A stretch of DNA of 64,000 nt from Octopus sinensis (GCF_006345805.1 NC_042998.1:201252001-201316000), one strand, 5' to 3'. Positions 1 through 13,547 are shown, counted from the first letter of the stretch. Numbers and translations are program-made. The notes: generated from the letters alone by a model not told the origin.

Positions 1-97
1 CCAGTTACGCACTGGGATCGATGTAATTGACTTAATCCCTTTGTCCCTGTTTTTCCCCTCTATGTTTAGCCCTACAGTGGGCAATAAAGAAATAAAT
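1..97 (+). mobile_element. 3' part of SINE family B, cut by the window edge
   Basis: ccagttacgcactgggatcgatgtaattgacttaatcc...gtgggcaataaagaaata matches the reverse complement of the copies at 22.4, 30.6 and 52.4 kb. Confidence 0.85.
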
Positions 98-749
98 ATG
101 TTATATGTTGAGAGAAGAAAACACCCTGTTTGAAGACTTAAGTGCATGTCTTTCAGGGACAGTAGTGTAAATGACGATGCGAGGATTCATGGTTGACTCC
201 GAAATTCAATCCTATTTATCTGCTTATCCGTTAGATTTCAAGTGTATACTATTCATCAAACAATCACAAACAAGCTCCTTGAGGCTGATGATTTTAGGTA
301 GGTAACAAATACAATGTATAATGGTCTTAAATATTTATATTAGGTCAAAGGTGTGTGGCTTCTTGAATACTTAATGATAATAGAACAGCTTCAGTCAGGC
401 CAAGCACTTGTAGTAGCATCATGAACAACATCATCACAATCAACTACGTAAACAAAAGGATTCAATAACATGTTTTCGCCGCTCCTGACCTGTCAGCGGC
501 CAAAGACACAGAAGACACAGAATAACAAATACAACCCAGCAGGATTACTGATAAACAACTGTAATTACTGGAAGATCTACTACTTTCTGTGAGTAATTTG
601 AATTTCCCTCAAAATAAGTTAAAGAATTCCAAACCTACAGTTTGGGACAAAAATTTTAGAATCATAAATATCTCCATTTTTTGTGTGAACATTTTGCCGT
701 CACCTCTTCCTTGAGTATCAGATTATGTAAAATGCCTTTATTGTAACAA

Positions 750-807
750 CACAATTAAATGCACGCTAAAAGTATGATACCACAATTAAATGCACGCTAA
801 AAGTATG
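750..807. repeat. 27-bp direct duplication
   Basis: cacaattaaatgcacgctaaaagtatg at 750-776 and 781-807. Confidence 0.95.
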
Positions 808-1752
808 GACGTAAACACCAGTTAACCTTTATCTTCTTCTTGACATACCTTTTATTGCAATCGCATTATTAAACACGTGGAGAATAAGAAGAAAAAAAAG
901 AAAAAGAAAAGAAAAAATACTATTTATAGTTTCGCTCTGCTCGTACTGACTCTATTCACAAGTACTGTTTATAGTCGGCCCCTCCTTTGATTTTTCTCAA
1001 AGTCAAGGTCACTGTTTCACAAGTTCCATCAACACTGTTGCGGTCAATTTGAACTCTATTTGACCGACCGTTCTTCATCTCACTTTATGAGCTATTACTA
1101 CTGCTGCTATCAGAATTTACTGCAGTTACTACTATCGCTACAATTAGAAACATTCAAGTTGACGATGACACTGAAATGTCTTTCCCCGTGTCTGAATTAT
1201 ACCGGTGGCACCAACGAAAAATTCCTTTCTTTCTCTGTGCTGGGAGAAAAGAGAATTTACTATAAAAACAAACCCCCAGCCCTCCCGCTAACGTATAATT
1301 TACTTTAAAAAGAAATACTTTAAAAGGGAAAAACATGAGGAAAAAAAAGAAAAATTAATAATCTAATTTAACAATAGACAAAAACATGTGCCTTCTCGCA
1401 CATAAACACAGTATTCACACATATACAAACATGCGCAGATGCAATTATTGAAGTACTAAATGGCACGTCAAATGATATTTAATCGTGTGGAACATGTTAC
1501 ATGCATATCAATATTCTAAAGTTTGGACATACTATCCCTTATCCTAAAGCTGCTTCAGACAATTAGGAAGGGTTCCCGACTCGTTGCACCGTCTGCTTTC
1601 AATCTTGGATTGTGATTCGGCTCAGCCCAAACTCTCTCAGATTTTGTCTGCTGTTGCCTACTCCTACAAGGATTGCACCTGTTTTTTGTTCCTGATTTAA
1701 CCCCGATTTGTCCTAGAGCCCATAGAAGATTGTTTTTAGTCAACCATCCATC

Positions 1753-2919
1753 ATGTCAGCTACCTACGCATCGAAACTGAGATCTGCAAGTAGGGCTTCT
1801 CATCAAGATGATGGTCCTACCAATAGTCAGCTCAACGAGCAGTTGCTGTTGCTCAAACAAGAGGTTGAGCACCTAAAGTCTGTTGTTGCTCTCTTACTGA
1901 ATAAACAGTCTCCTGTTGACGCAGAGTCACCCTTGATTTCTTCCCTGGAGACGTCCAAACCGAAGGGAACAAAATCGAAGCGGCCAAAGAAGGCGAAGGA
2001 AACGGCGGTCGTTTCTGCACATGATCGTTCCCGTGCGGATTCTTCCTCATCTGCCTTTTCGGTCCCAGAGGTTCCCCAACCTAATTTGAGGAGCGTAGAC
2101 TCAAACCCACCTGAAGACCGTTGTTCTCCCCAAAGAAGAAACGTAGTCAAAACTCCAGAGGGGCAGATTGGCTATGAAACTTGATCACGATAAAATCTGT
2201 TTGGATTCTCCTCACTTGTCCTTCCCATTAATGCCATTGCTCAACCAATTCTGAACGATCTCGATGTGAGTTCATCTGGGGAGTGGTGCTCCCCCAAACC
2301 GAAGAAGAGGCAGTGCAGTTCCAAACCAGGCGGGAAAATTATGACCACTAAATCCATTCCGATCGACCCCACAGGCCGACATAAGTCCGATGGCTATGAA
2401 ACCACCCTTTCGAAATCCTCCAATGAAGAATCGAATACCGCAGCTCATAGTAGAGAACTTTTTGCCCACTCAAGATCAGCAATAATATATGGCAAAGCTG
2501 GATCCACCTGTGATACAGGCATAAACCGCCTAAAAGATGACATTAATTTTGTTTCCATTTTGGTTGGAGAATTGTTCTCTGTGAACGAAAATGTCAGTGT
2601 TCTTAAGGTCGCTCGGTTAGGAATATTCCAAGCGAACCCAACCGCAGATACTAGACCACGCCCAATAAGGGTAATCTTTTCTTCTGATCGGGAGGCTTCA
2701 GTCTTTCTGAACAGAGCTCAGACGCATGCCTGGGAGGACCCCAATATGGGTTTTCGCGAGGAATACTCACTAAGAGAGAGAATTCGCCGGAGGAACCTGA
2801 TATCTGAACTAAAGATGAGGAAACAAATGGGAGAGAAGGGTTTACGAATCCAAGATGGACAGATAATCAAGTCCTACCTCTGGTCCCATGCTGTAGTGCT
2901 GACAGGGAAAGTGATGTGA
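1753..2919 (+). pseudogene. LINE ORF1, split into 1753-2184 and 2266-2919
   Basis: N-terminal coiled-coil heptads (LNEQLLLLKQEVEHLKSVV). The C-terminus RLG...RPRPIRVIF...EEYSLRER...ELKMRKQMGEKGLRIQDGQII resembles CR1/L2 ORF1 ends. In-frame stops at 2182 and 2191. Confidence 0.7.
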
Positions 2920-5764
2920 GGGCAAATCGAAGTGAAGTTGATACCCCCGTCAACGATGCTATCTCTGATGCCCTTTATTCTGCTTGTTCCCCAACTCCCG
3001 CCCCTCAGACTTCACAGCTCAGCATCGTCTACACCAACTCGTGCTCCTTATTCCCAAAGTTCAGTGAACTGTTTACACTGGCCATACGTGACTCCCCTGA
3101 TGTGGTGGCTATCACCGAGACTTGGCTGACTCCAGCAGTGAAGGACTCAGAAATCCACCTGCAGGGCTACGTCCTTTTCAGATGTGACAGAGGAAAAAGG
3201 CGAGGTGGAGGTGTTGCTGTGTATGTTAAGTCTGAGCACAAACCGTCCTGCGGTATTCTACCCACAAATGCTCAACCTACAACAAAATTCGATGCCGTCT
3301 ATTGCAAGCTGAGCCTATCTGAGTTTTGCCTGCCCGTGTTGGCTGTCTACAGGCCGCCTCTAGCCGACCCCCAGGACGATGCTCATCTACTCGAAGCGAT
3401 AAGATTCGTTTCAGCTTCGCATGACTGCTTGGTACTAGGCGACTTCAACGCTCCCACGATCGATTGGCCCGCATCAATTTGTACAACATCTTCCCGGTTC
3501 GGCCAGGCCCTTCTTGACGTGGCTGAAGATTGTTTTCTATCGCAACATGTTGAATATCCGACAAGGCATCGGTCTGGGCAGCAGCCATCTATGCTAGATC
3601 TGGTATTCTCCCGCTATCCAAGATCAGTGTCAGACGTATCTGTGTGCGCCCCTCTTGCCAAGAGTGATCATGCGGTTCTGAAGTTCGTCATGCACACAAC
3701 TTTTTCTACGCCCACGATTGCTTCGCTGCCACGTAGAGTCTTCTCTGCAATTAATCTTGAAATTCTAACCGAGGCTTCCGCGCTTCTGGACTGGCGATCC
3801 CTGATGACGTTGTCCTCAGTTGACGAACTATGGTCATCCCTCAAAGCATATGTAATCTGTTTGACTGACCAGGCAGTTCCCGTTGGGCTTCCCAACAGGA
3901 AGAAACACAAGCCCTGGGTGACGAAGAAGGTTAAACGAGAACGTCGACTCAGAGATATTGCTTGGGCTGAATTCAAAAATCTGGATTCGACTGCAGCTTT
4001 TGAGGTGTACAAAACTCAACGAGACCGAGCCGTGAAAATTGAAAAGAAAGAACGCTTCAGTTATGAATACAAAATCGCGGCAAATGCCAGTAGCAATCCA
4101 AAAACCTTCTTTGTCCATGTCCAGCGGAATTCCCGCTTGAACAACCTGATTGCAACGTTGGTAGACTCAACAGGCGTATCGATTGAGGACCCTTATCAAC
4201 AGAGTCAATTATTTGCCGAGGCTTTTTCAACTATTTTCAAACAAGATGATGGTCGTGAACCCCCTTGATAGGTCATCACGCGGGACGAAGTCAAACGTGT
4301 TATTCAGGGCCTCGATGTCAACAAGAGTCACGGCCCTGACGGCATACACCCACGGGTTATCAAAGCGTTGGCTCCGGTCATCTGCGAGCCCTTAACACGA
4401 CTATTCAATATGTCATTGGCGACGGGTGTTATACCTGCAGACTGGAGAACAGCGATAATCTGCCCAATTTTCAAGAAAGGGAGCCGCGAAGACCCGCTTA
4501 ACTACCGACCGGTTTCCCTTACATCAATAATCAGCAAAATGTTCGAAACCATCCTTAAGAAAAGTATGATGCTCCACCTCCTAAACACAGCCTCGATCAC
4601 TGATTCCCAACACAGCTTCGTGCTTGACCAACTTACTAGTAATGGAAGAATTGGTGATGCGCATCCTCGATGATAGTGATGCTGTTGACATCGTTTTATT
4701 GGACTTTGCCAAAGCTTTTGACTCGGTAAACCACCGCCTACTACTTGTCAAGCTTCAAGCATATAGTTTCCATCCGGATATTGTACGATGGGTTGGTGCC
4801 TTCCTCTCAGATCGCTCCTTCCAAGTTCAAGTTAATGGTTCGCGGTCCGACGTCTCCAGTGCGAGCAGTGGCGTGCCTCAAGGTTCAGTGCTTGGGCCCT
4901 TGTTGTTCTCAGTCTTCATAAATGACTTGCCCGACGACCTCACGCAACACACCCTTCTATTTGCCGACGATATCGAACTGGTCGCTCCTCGCGGTAGTAT
5001 AGAGGATCTTCGTCGATGCCTCCACCAAATTTGGAAGTGGTCTAACGATTGGGACATGTGTCTGAACGTGTCAAAGTGCTGTCATCTGCCTGTCGGCTCT
5101 ACTCCTGCAACTCAACTTGATTTCGAGCCGGGTCGTCTGCTGCTGGAGAGGACCGATCAGGTAAAGGACCTGCCTGGGTATCTTGGTGGATTCCTCCTTT
5201 TCGCCTTCGGCCCAGTGCGTCCATGCTGCCAACAAAGCGCGCGGAATTCTGTTTTTGATTCGACGGTCATTCGGAATGCTCACAGCAGCCATATTCCTAC
5301 CACTCTATGTCACGCTGGTGAGACCCATATTGGAGTATGGGATTCAAGCCTCTTCTCCTTATCTCCTCAAAGACATACAGCATCTCGAAAGAGTCCAGAG
5401 GCTGGCTACCCGCATGGTTCATGGTCTCAAAAATTTGTCCTACGAAGAAAGGCTGAGGACGCTCGACCTTTATTCTCTTGAAAAACGCCGCCGCCGTGGT
5501 GATCTCATTCTCGCCCACAACATCATAAGCGGGAAGTGTAACCTCTCGAAAGAGCTGTTCTTCACTCCTGCTCCGGAGCGTCGGCTGCGGGGTCATTCCG
5601 AAAAGCTCTACCTGCGACGATTTCATCTCAATCGAAGGAGAGGAGCTTTCTCCGTCCGGGTTGCGGATCCGTGGAACAAGCTGCCAGACGAGATGGTGAA
5701 GATGCCGACGACCGCTTTGTTCAAAGCCTCCCTGGACCTCAAGTGGCCTGAACTCTTTACATGA
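2916..5764 (+). pseudogene. LINE ORF2 (apurinic-like endonuclease + reverse transcriptase), frameshifted
   Basis: APE motifs AITETWL, YRPP, LGDFN, LDLVF, SDH. RT motifs GPDGIHP, NYRPVSLTS, LDFAKAFDSV, GVPQGSVLGPLLF, FADD. CR1-type C-terminus RRRRGDLI...LRGH...WNKLP. Breaks near 4268, 4620 and 5170. Confidence 0.95.
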
Positions 5765-7074
5765 ACACAACCCTGTACTTAACTCCATGTCCCCCTACAT
5801 GGCCTTGCTATTTGCTTTTGAGCCAAATTAACTAACTAACTAACTAACTAACTAACATGGACAATTAAACTTGAGAACACTAATCACATTCCAAGGAACA
5901 TCCTCGTAAATAACGTGCTCTTGTGTTTACACGGAGACTTTTACTGAAAGAAGTGTTCAGCAGGTTGTAGGCACCAACGTGTAGCATATTACGAATGACT
6001 CTGGTGAGACAAGTGAAGTCCATCTTTGTGAACAAGATGTCATATTTATTATCAAGAATACACTTTTGCAATGCCTAGAAATATCAGTTCGCTAGAGAGC
6101 ACATTCTTTCGTTAGATATGAATTCTATTGGTATACTTTTCAATTTGCTTGGACTGTATGCCTCTAACTTTGCTGTTACTGATGGCTAATGACATTGAAG
6201 AGACCTTATACATGGTTGGTATTCTTCGTTTTCATTACAGTACTGTGCTAGAATAATTACTTTGAAAATTTTACATAGGTTTTTACCTGAATTGTGTTCT
6301 TATAACTATTTGTGTTTCAATGAGTTATATTTGACGCTAGGTTTGCCTCATCTTACATTGCATTCAACGCACTACTTCTTATAACTAACAAATATCTTCT
6401 TTAAAGAATAGCGATTTTATGAACCATTCATTTCATAAAAGATTACAATAACTAAATGACAAACTTAGAATCTTTATTCATGCTACCATAACCATTATAC
6501 TGATATACAAAATCTTAGAGTGTATTACAATCACCTCTCACAGTTTTCATTAAATGAACACCACACTGCAACAAATATATAGCTATGTACCAGTGAGGAA
6601 AGACAACGCCTATCATATAAAAAAAGGCTGCATTCTATGGTATAACTATCAGCCATAAGAAATATATTTCTTAAACAATTGTGTACTTATAGCATCTTTC
6701 TTTAACGCAGTTTTAAGATTTCTCATCCACTGGTAGCATTTATGTTCAGCATTTCTACTTTTCTTTTTCTGGGCATTATCAAGATACTGTCATCTCTTTT
6801 GAAAACAGTAGTATCTCCGAGCAAATGTTTATAAAATTCGCTAGTACTTTCTAACTCAACACAGCAACGATCTTAATACAACTTTATAAAGATAACTGGA
6901 AGTTATATATAGCTTCTGAATATGAGATTCCAAATAATCGTGCGTGACACATTGACTTGCATGTGAATTCTAGTATAAAAGGTTTTAGAACAATTTTAAC
7001 TTTACTTTATAGATTTATTGATACATGCATACATTTACTCGCATAAATGCGTTGCAATGATGCTGAGCATGCAA

Positions 7075-7081
7075 ATATACG

Positions 7082-7114
<33 letters not shown>

Positions 7115-7133
7115 TATATAATATATATATATA

Positions 7134-7230
<97 letters not shown>

Positions 7231-7257
7231 ATGTGTGTGTGTGTGTGTTTATGCATG

Positions 7258-7290
<33 letters not shown>

Positions 7291-7341
7291 GTGTGTGTGT
7301 TTGTATGTATATATATATATATATGTAGGTAAGTATATATA

Positions 7342-7398
<57 letters not shown>

Positions 7399-7400
7399 CA
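7075..7400. repeat. (TA)n/(TG)n compound microsatellite
   Basis: Direct read. Confidence 0.97.
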
Positions 7401-7699
7401 TAATGTAGTAAAATGAGAGATATAATATCTAGGCAGATACCCAAATACTCTATGTAAAATCGCAAGGTTGGTTCCTACAGATTATGTGTTGTTTGGTAAA
7501 CTTCCTTTCATTCCCATCCGATGTTACAGTTTAAATCTGTTGTTGGTGTAGATAAATCTATATATGGTTCCAGTACATTGAGAGTCTAGTAGATTGTTTG
7601 ACATTAATTGATTTATCACCATTAACTAGAATACAATTGACAACTCCCAATGCATTTTATTCTAAATGCTTGAAAACTACATTCTCCATAAACACCTCT

Positions 7700-8112
7700 A
7701 AATATATATGTAACTATGGCATTGTAAGCTACACCAATGCTAGAACGGGTCGACACTGCATAGTGCCAAAGATCCCAGCAATGCCATCACGCTTCAGGAC
7801 CAGCTTCTGCAACGGCCTGGGTTTCAAGGACCCACAGCTTTTTAATATTCTCCCAAAGAGTCTCAGGAACTTGCACAAAGTAGATGTAGCGGTTTTTAAA
7901 TCAAAGCTGGACATCTTCCTGTCAAGAGTCCCAGATGAACCTACCTCACGGCAAAAGGTGCAAATGAGAGTACCTGTATCAAACTCCATTCTTCATCAAG
8001 TGCCACATATTAGACGAGGTTCGTCGCAATAACAGTGTAGCACAAAACGGCGGTGCATCAGCATGGCCGCAGCTCTGAGCTGAAACTAAAACAAATATTA
8101 AAAAAAAAAAAA
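7700..8112 (+). mobile_element. 5'-truncated CR1/L2-like LINE, 3' end
   Basis: RTGRHCIVP...LFNILPKSLRNL...FKSKLDIFLSRVPDEP...NSILHQ, then a structured 3' UTR (8049-8086) and an A-rich tail. Confidence 0.85.
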
Positions 8113-8666
8113 ACTAGGTCACCACTCTTTTTATCTTGGCCCCCATTATTTCCTCTGCTACTCTCTAAATCATAATAGGCTTGACGTGGTATGCATTATT
8201 TTCTAAACTCACTCTGCCACAGATATGAGAAGAGTAAGAATATAAAAAAAATTTGATGAAAATATGTTTAATAAATGGTTATATCTTTTATGTTTGAAGT
8301 CAATGCGGTTATCTGACGAGAAGGTTTCTTTCAAATGATGTAACGTTTTCATTAATTAATTCAAGAAGCCGCTAGAAACGGCCGCAATGAATTGGTACCT
8401 GTACCTCTTTGTTATCTATTTATATTCTATTCACCTAATTTAGAATCTGCACTCTGGAAGTACTATAAAGAATGCAGGCCTGAATAACCAAGGCCTATAT
8501 CTCCACTTAGCTGAGTTGCATTGTCTACATAATTGGTAAAAATATCAGGTACAAACACCCCTGCACGGAGTCTTAATTGATATTGTTTGGGGGTGCGGAT
8601 TTTACCGTCCTAGCAAGGTGCCTCAATTTAAATACCTAATTCAATGGAATCTTAATTACACACACA

Positions 8667-8744
<78 letters not shown>

Positions 8745-8754
<10 letters not shown>

Positions 8755-9060
8755 TTAGAAACAAAACCACTACTATGCAACTCAAACAGTGATAGATACA
8801 AACGAATACATAAATAACAAATATTAAATATCTTTATAAAACATATAACTTATAACTAGATCTCAAAATGTATAAAATGAATGATTAATATATAATATAA
8901 TAAGTAATATTTTCTTATATATTTATCACTTTATACTTTTTGAGATATAGTTACAAGATATATGTTTTATAAAAATATTTATTATTTGTTATTTATGTAT
9001 TGGATTGTGTCTATCATTCTTTGAGTTGCATAGTATTTTTTAGTCTCTAATTTATATTTT
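8745..9060. repeat. Foldback (~150 bp arms) of PLE pLTR-like sequence
   Basis: aaaatataaattag...ctatgcaactcaaa...atacataaataacaaat pairs with atttgttatttatgtat...tttgagttgcatag...ctaatttatatttt. It resembles the sequence 3' of the HHRs at 21.9 and 44.3 kb. Confidence 0.8.
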
Positions 9061-9128
9061 ATATATATATGCACTGAGAAATTTGATTTAATACTAAATT
9101 GAATTTTTGTCTATATATATTCTTTAAA

Positions 9129-10245
9129 TTGTTTTGGCTCTGAAGCTGCGGTCATGCTGCAGAACTACCGTTGCCTGACCTACACAATTAATTGAAACAT
9201 CTGATATGTGGTATTTGGTCAATGAGAGAGTCCGATAGCGCTGCCCACATCTGCGCCTCCCAGTGTGAGGCAGTCCCGTCTGGATCCCCTGACAGGAAGA
9301 GATCAGGTTTTGTTTTAAAGAATCTTACAGCCACGTCATTCAGGTCTCTCAAGCATTTTGGAAGGATATTGAAGAGATCTGGAGCCTTGAAGCCCAAGCT
9401 GCTGCAGTTCGAGCAACTTGCAATGCCAATGTTTGGTACAAGGACTTCCAGGACATCCAGATATATATCACTACACACAATTCCCGCCCTCGCTTCAGGA
9501 AGAAGAACCCCGATTCTTTCAGTCTCTCCCTGTAGTTGACACGCCGCACTGAGACGATTTTCCCTGTGTAGCCTCTTTGGATCGCTTCGAGTTCCGCCGT
9601 GAATTTTATATGGTGTAGTGACCACAGTTAGGAGCTGTAGTCAAAGTGGCTGAGCCCGTATGTACTCCAAAGACCATCAATATCTCATATTTTTTCTTGT
9701 TTTGAAAGTTCGGAGGTTCCATCCAGCTAGCCAAATGCATATTACCAAATTGGTAATGTGCACTTGGAAAGATGCCTTACTGCTCATGTCAATGTCCAGG
9801 TCACGCACTGACTGTGATTCAGAGATTGTAATTCCTCTCGATTTGCATGTCATTTAACTTTGTGCGCTGCTAGTGTAGGGCGTTGAACTTTCATGCATTA
9901 ATCTGCATGTTGATGCACTTAACCTACCTTTATAATGCATCCTACTCCTGTTGGCGAAGCCCAATGTTTCCAGGATTTTGTATTTTCTGAGGGATTTTTG
10001 TGTTACCTTCCGAGGTAGCAAGGGTGGCAATCTCAGCAGCTGAGGGCATGTCTGACAGGGCTACTATCAATAGTAGTGGCCCTAACACAGTGCCCTGTGG
10101 AACACGACTTCAGGACTACCACTTTCTTTGAGGTTGCTCTGCTGGCCACCACTGCCTGACGTCTGTCTTTTAGAAAGTCGTGCAACCACTGTGTCAAAGT
10201 TTTCCGCCGACGTCATGCAGTGTGTGACACATCACACCATGGCTG
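9129..10245 (-). mobile_element. Degenerate CR1/L2-like LINE (RT fragment to 3' end), same family as 7700-8112
   Basis: Minus strand reads WLHDFLKDRRQAVV, a [12 protein letters not shown]-like motif across a frameshift, and LFNILPKCLRDL. The 3' end gcagcatgaccgcagcttcagagccaaaac resembles 8059-8086. Confidence 0.85.
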
Positions 10246-10272
10246 AATTTGTATATATATATATATGTGTGT

Positions 10273-10303
<31 letters not shown>

Positions 10304-10324
10304 GTATGTTATTTTATTTTATAT

Positions 10325-10570
10325 ATGAATTAGGGAATAAACATTCCAGCGTCATAGGGATTCAGATAAGTTGAATTATTCTCGATAAAAAAAAAAATTG
10401 TCATTTAGAAATAGGAGTCCCCATGCAGTCCATGAAATCCTAATATACATCACACCATATCATAGAATTTTATTTTAATACCTACTATTTCAGCTCCAAA
10501 TTTCTCTTCTACACATGTTTCATGAGGTGCGTTTAACGTTCCCGAGACCCTCAGTCTTTTTCAGAAAACA
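10325..10570 (-). mobile_element. PLE terminal-repeat fragment with a decayed hammerhead (10506-10568)
   Basis: Begins ttagggaataaa, like 21697. Minus strand: ttCTGAAAAAGAcTGAGG...CCTCAtGAAAC-ATGT-GTA-gaag. The core has 3 extra A, and loop ATGT could be ACGT after CpG decay. Confidence 0.5.
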
Positions 10571-10860
10571 CGTCTTAACTGCAACCCCAGTCATCAGGAC
10601 TCTCCATAATTTATTTATAATTCTATAACTATTCCTATATTATTATATTTTTATCAGTGACGAATGGAACTAACAAACATGTGGATGTGCAAATGAATTC
10701 GCTGAACCTTGCTTTGCAAGCCATAATTTAATTAATTAAATATTTATAACTAAAATGAAACGTGACTTATGCCTAAGAAAATACGTACGAATTAAGAATA
10801 TGTAGGAATGAAGAAGACTATAATATAATATAATATTGAAAAGAAATAATAATAAAATAA

Positions 10861-11260
10861 GGCGTAGGAGTGTTTGTGTGGTAAGTTGCTTGCTTTCGAG
10901 CAACATGGTTTCGGGTTCAGTTCCACTGCGTGGAACCTTGGGCAAGTGCCTTCTAATATAGCCTCGAGCCGACCAAAGCCTTGTGAGTGGATTTAGTAGA
11001 CGGAAACTATGTATATATATGTATGTGTATGTATAAGTTTGCATGTCTGTGCTTGTCCCCCAACATCGCTTGACAACCGATGCTGATGTGTTTACGTCCC
11101 CGTAACTTAGCAGTTCTGTAAAAGGAGCCCTATAGAATAAGTACTAGGCTTACAATGAATAAGTCCTGGGATTCGATTTGCTCGACTAAAGGCGGTGTTC
11201 CAGAATGGCCGCAGTCAAATTTCTGAAACAAGTAAAAGAGTAAAGAAAGAGAGTAAAGAG
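10861..11260 (+). mobile_element. tRNA-derived SINE family A with internal microsatellite
   Basis: A-box-like and B-box-like head (ggttcagttcc), CORE-like cttgggcaagtg, internal (TA)/(TG) tract and (GTAAAAGA)n tail. Six copies in the window. Confidence 0.92.
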
Positions 11261-11509
11261 TGACAAAGAAATATATGTTCGAATAACTACGATAGATTAA
11301 AGTGGACGTAAGCAAATACGAATGAATGAAAAAATATAAAAAGTATAAAAAGATATATAACGAAATCTACGGAGAAAACATTTTAAAATGATAAAATATA
11401 ATAATCTTAATTTAAAAAGTAAAACTTAGAACGTAATAATAACGTAAAAGATAACGTAAGAAAATATCGTAAACAATGTGTATGTTCAATCAACCGTTGT
11501 ATCACAGGG

Positions 11510-11631
11510 TCATAATTCGAACTGAATTAAACTGAACGCTGCAAGGCTCTGTGAAATTATCTACACTCCCACATACTTCCTGCTCCACATACTTCCTTGC
11601 GGTGTTAAGTTGAATTTAGCTCGAATTATGA
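11510..11631. mobile_element. MITE-like element with 24-bp imperfect TIRs
   Basis: tcataattcgaactgaattaaact versus the reverse complement of agttgaatttagctcgaattatga: 21/24 match. Confidence 0.55.
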
Positions 11632-12145
11632 TCATATTATACACCGGCAGATTGAATATACATATTTTTTACGATAATTTTTTACACGGGTTGAAGAGAA
11701 ATTTGGTACTGAAATAGTGAGTATTAAAATAAAAGTCTATGATATGGTGTGATGTATATTAGGATTTGATGAATTGCATTCGGACTTCTATCTCTAAATG
11801 TCAAAAATTGTCTTATATATATATATATAATCGGTGTGCATTCAAACCAATGAATAGTTGTATTCAAAGTAATGATTAATAATTTACGAAACCGGTATGA
11901 TTGAATCTCTTTAACAATTCACAATATTGACTTTTATTACTTTTATTCCTACCTCAGTTCATCTAATTGTACATATCTTTCGTTACTTTTCATAAAAAGC
12001 CTTTAGTTTTTTCGATTTACAATGTGCATTTTCGTATATTTTCCTTACTTTACACGTAGCTTCTATTTCCTTTTTGTAACATATTTCTATTATATATATA
12101 TATCATATATATATAAGAATTTTGGGCGTAATAAGTTTAAAAATA

Positions 12146-12280
12146 CCAAGGCTGTGTGGATATTAGAGCATTTAAAGATAGAATATCTTACAGCTGTTTC
12201 TAGGATACAATTAATAAATATCAAAGAAACAGCTGTAGGACCTTCTATCTATAAATTGTCTAATATTGACACAGCCATGG
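12146..12280. repeat. Imperfect foldback, MITE-like
   Basis: ggctgtgt..atattaga..agatagaa..tacagctgtttct pairs with agaaacagctgta..ttctatct..tctaatat..acacagcc. Confidence 0.7.
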
Positions 12281-12444
12281 ACCTTTTGTCTTCTTACGCA
12301 AAATATTCTTACATACACACGCTGACATAGAACCAACGTTGAACCCTTTATTCGCAAGATGACCGAATCTGGAACTTAACTCTGGTCAGTCTATAGCACT
12401 TATTAAGCATTACCTGACACCTTTGGGTCTCAATGACACCATTA

Positions 12445-12620
<176 letters not shown>

Positions 12621-12719
12621 AATAAATGAATGGCATTTTGAAACCATATAAAGTATTTTATGGACATAAATCATTTAACCTGTTTCATATCATTTCAGAT
12701 TTTATGTCTTTATTTGAAT

Positions 12720-13408
12720 GGGTTCGAATTGCCGTTTTGCGAGCACTGAGAACCCGAGAATAGTACACCAACGAGAACTGCACCCTGTAAAGTGCACAGT
12801 ATCGTGCAGATTGACAGCAGATGAAATTATCGGTCCTTATTTCTCTCAGAACGATGACGGAAATACTGTCACAGTGACTGGAAACTGAACAGAACCATGA
12901 TAATGATTTATTTCAGCCCAGCCATTCGAAATAGGCCTCGCATTTGGTTCCAGCAAGATGTGGCAACTGCTCATACCGCAAGAGAAACAATGCAGTTGCT
13001 ACGGCAGTGCTTTGGAGAAAGAATAATCTCCCGCTACGGAAATGTCAAATGGCCTTCACGTTCCCTAGACTTGACTACTCTGGATTCATTTTTGCGAGGA
13101 TACCCGTAAGAGAGGGTTTACGTCAACAAACCAGAGACCCTGATGCAACTCAAGAACATCAAGACAAAAATCAGAGAAGTAGGGTCTGAAACTTTTGAGC
13201 AGTTATGGTGCGTGTTCTGAAAAATGCAAGGGCATGCGAAACGAAAAATGGCTGCCATTAAATCGATGTCACTTTTCCTGTAATGTAGGTGCGCGTCTTA
13301 ATGTACCATGTGTCCCTTATATTGTATCAAAATTTCATGCATTTATTGGTAAAGTTAAGGAAGTTAGCGAAAATTGAAATGTCTCAGTGACTTTTCGGAC
13401 ACACTGTA
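12720..13408 (+). mobile_element. Tc1/mariner DD41D (rosa/VS-like) transposon, 3' half with right TIR
   Basis: WFQQD(41 aa)D spacing in QQDVATAHTA...WPSRSLDLTTLD, upstream IIGPYF...TVTVTG, and an end of cggacacactg followed by TA at 13407-13408. No left TIR seen. Confidence 0.85.
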
Positions 13409-13409
13409 T

Positions 13410-13502
13410 ATATATGTGTGTGTGCATGTTTCTATACACACACACACTCATACACACACACATACACAACACACACAACACACACACACACACACAACCC
13501 CC

Positions 13503-13547
<45 letters not shown>

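Larger units (their letters stand above)
1540..5856 (+). mobile_element. Near full-length, disrupted CR1-clade non-LTR retrotransposon
   Basis: ORF1-like region plus an APE-RT ORF2. The 3' UTR has a hairpin (ccatgt/acatgg, 5785-5802) and a (TAAC)n tail at 5829-5856. GC content is visibly higher than the flanks. The 5' boundary is approximate. Confidence 0.93.

Noticed and set aside
150-595. Exon-like segments with AG/GT boundaries (near 234-297 and ending near 588)
   Set aside because: No consistent open frame or recognisable protein. Splice-like motifs alone are weak evidence.
2916-2919. GTGA overlap between ORF1 stop and ORF2 start as translational coupling
   Set aside because: It depends on a GTG start chosen by the ORF caller in a mutated copy, and the true ORF2 start cannot be determined here.
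5870-5946. PRNILVNNVLLCLHGDF resembles kinase subdomains VIb-VII (RNILV...DFG)
   Set aside because: There is no HRD upstream, a stop follows two codons later, and there are no supporting splice sites or other kinase exons. Treated as chance unless tBLASTn says otherwise.
8355-8395. aattca...GAAACGGCCGCA...tgaatt, possible HHR relic
   Set aside because: CUGA is absent and the cleavage U is mutated, which needs too many assumed changes.
11841-11906. GAAACCGGTA with flanking ttcaa/ttgaa pairing
   Set aside because: The 5' core reads ATGAATA rather than CTGANGA. Noted only as a probable dead relic and not listed as a feature.
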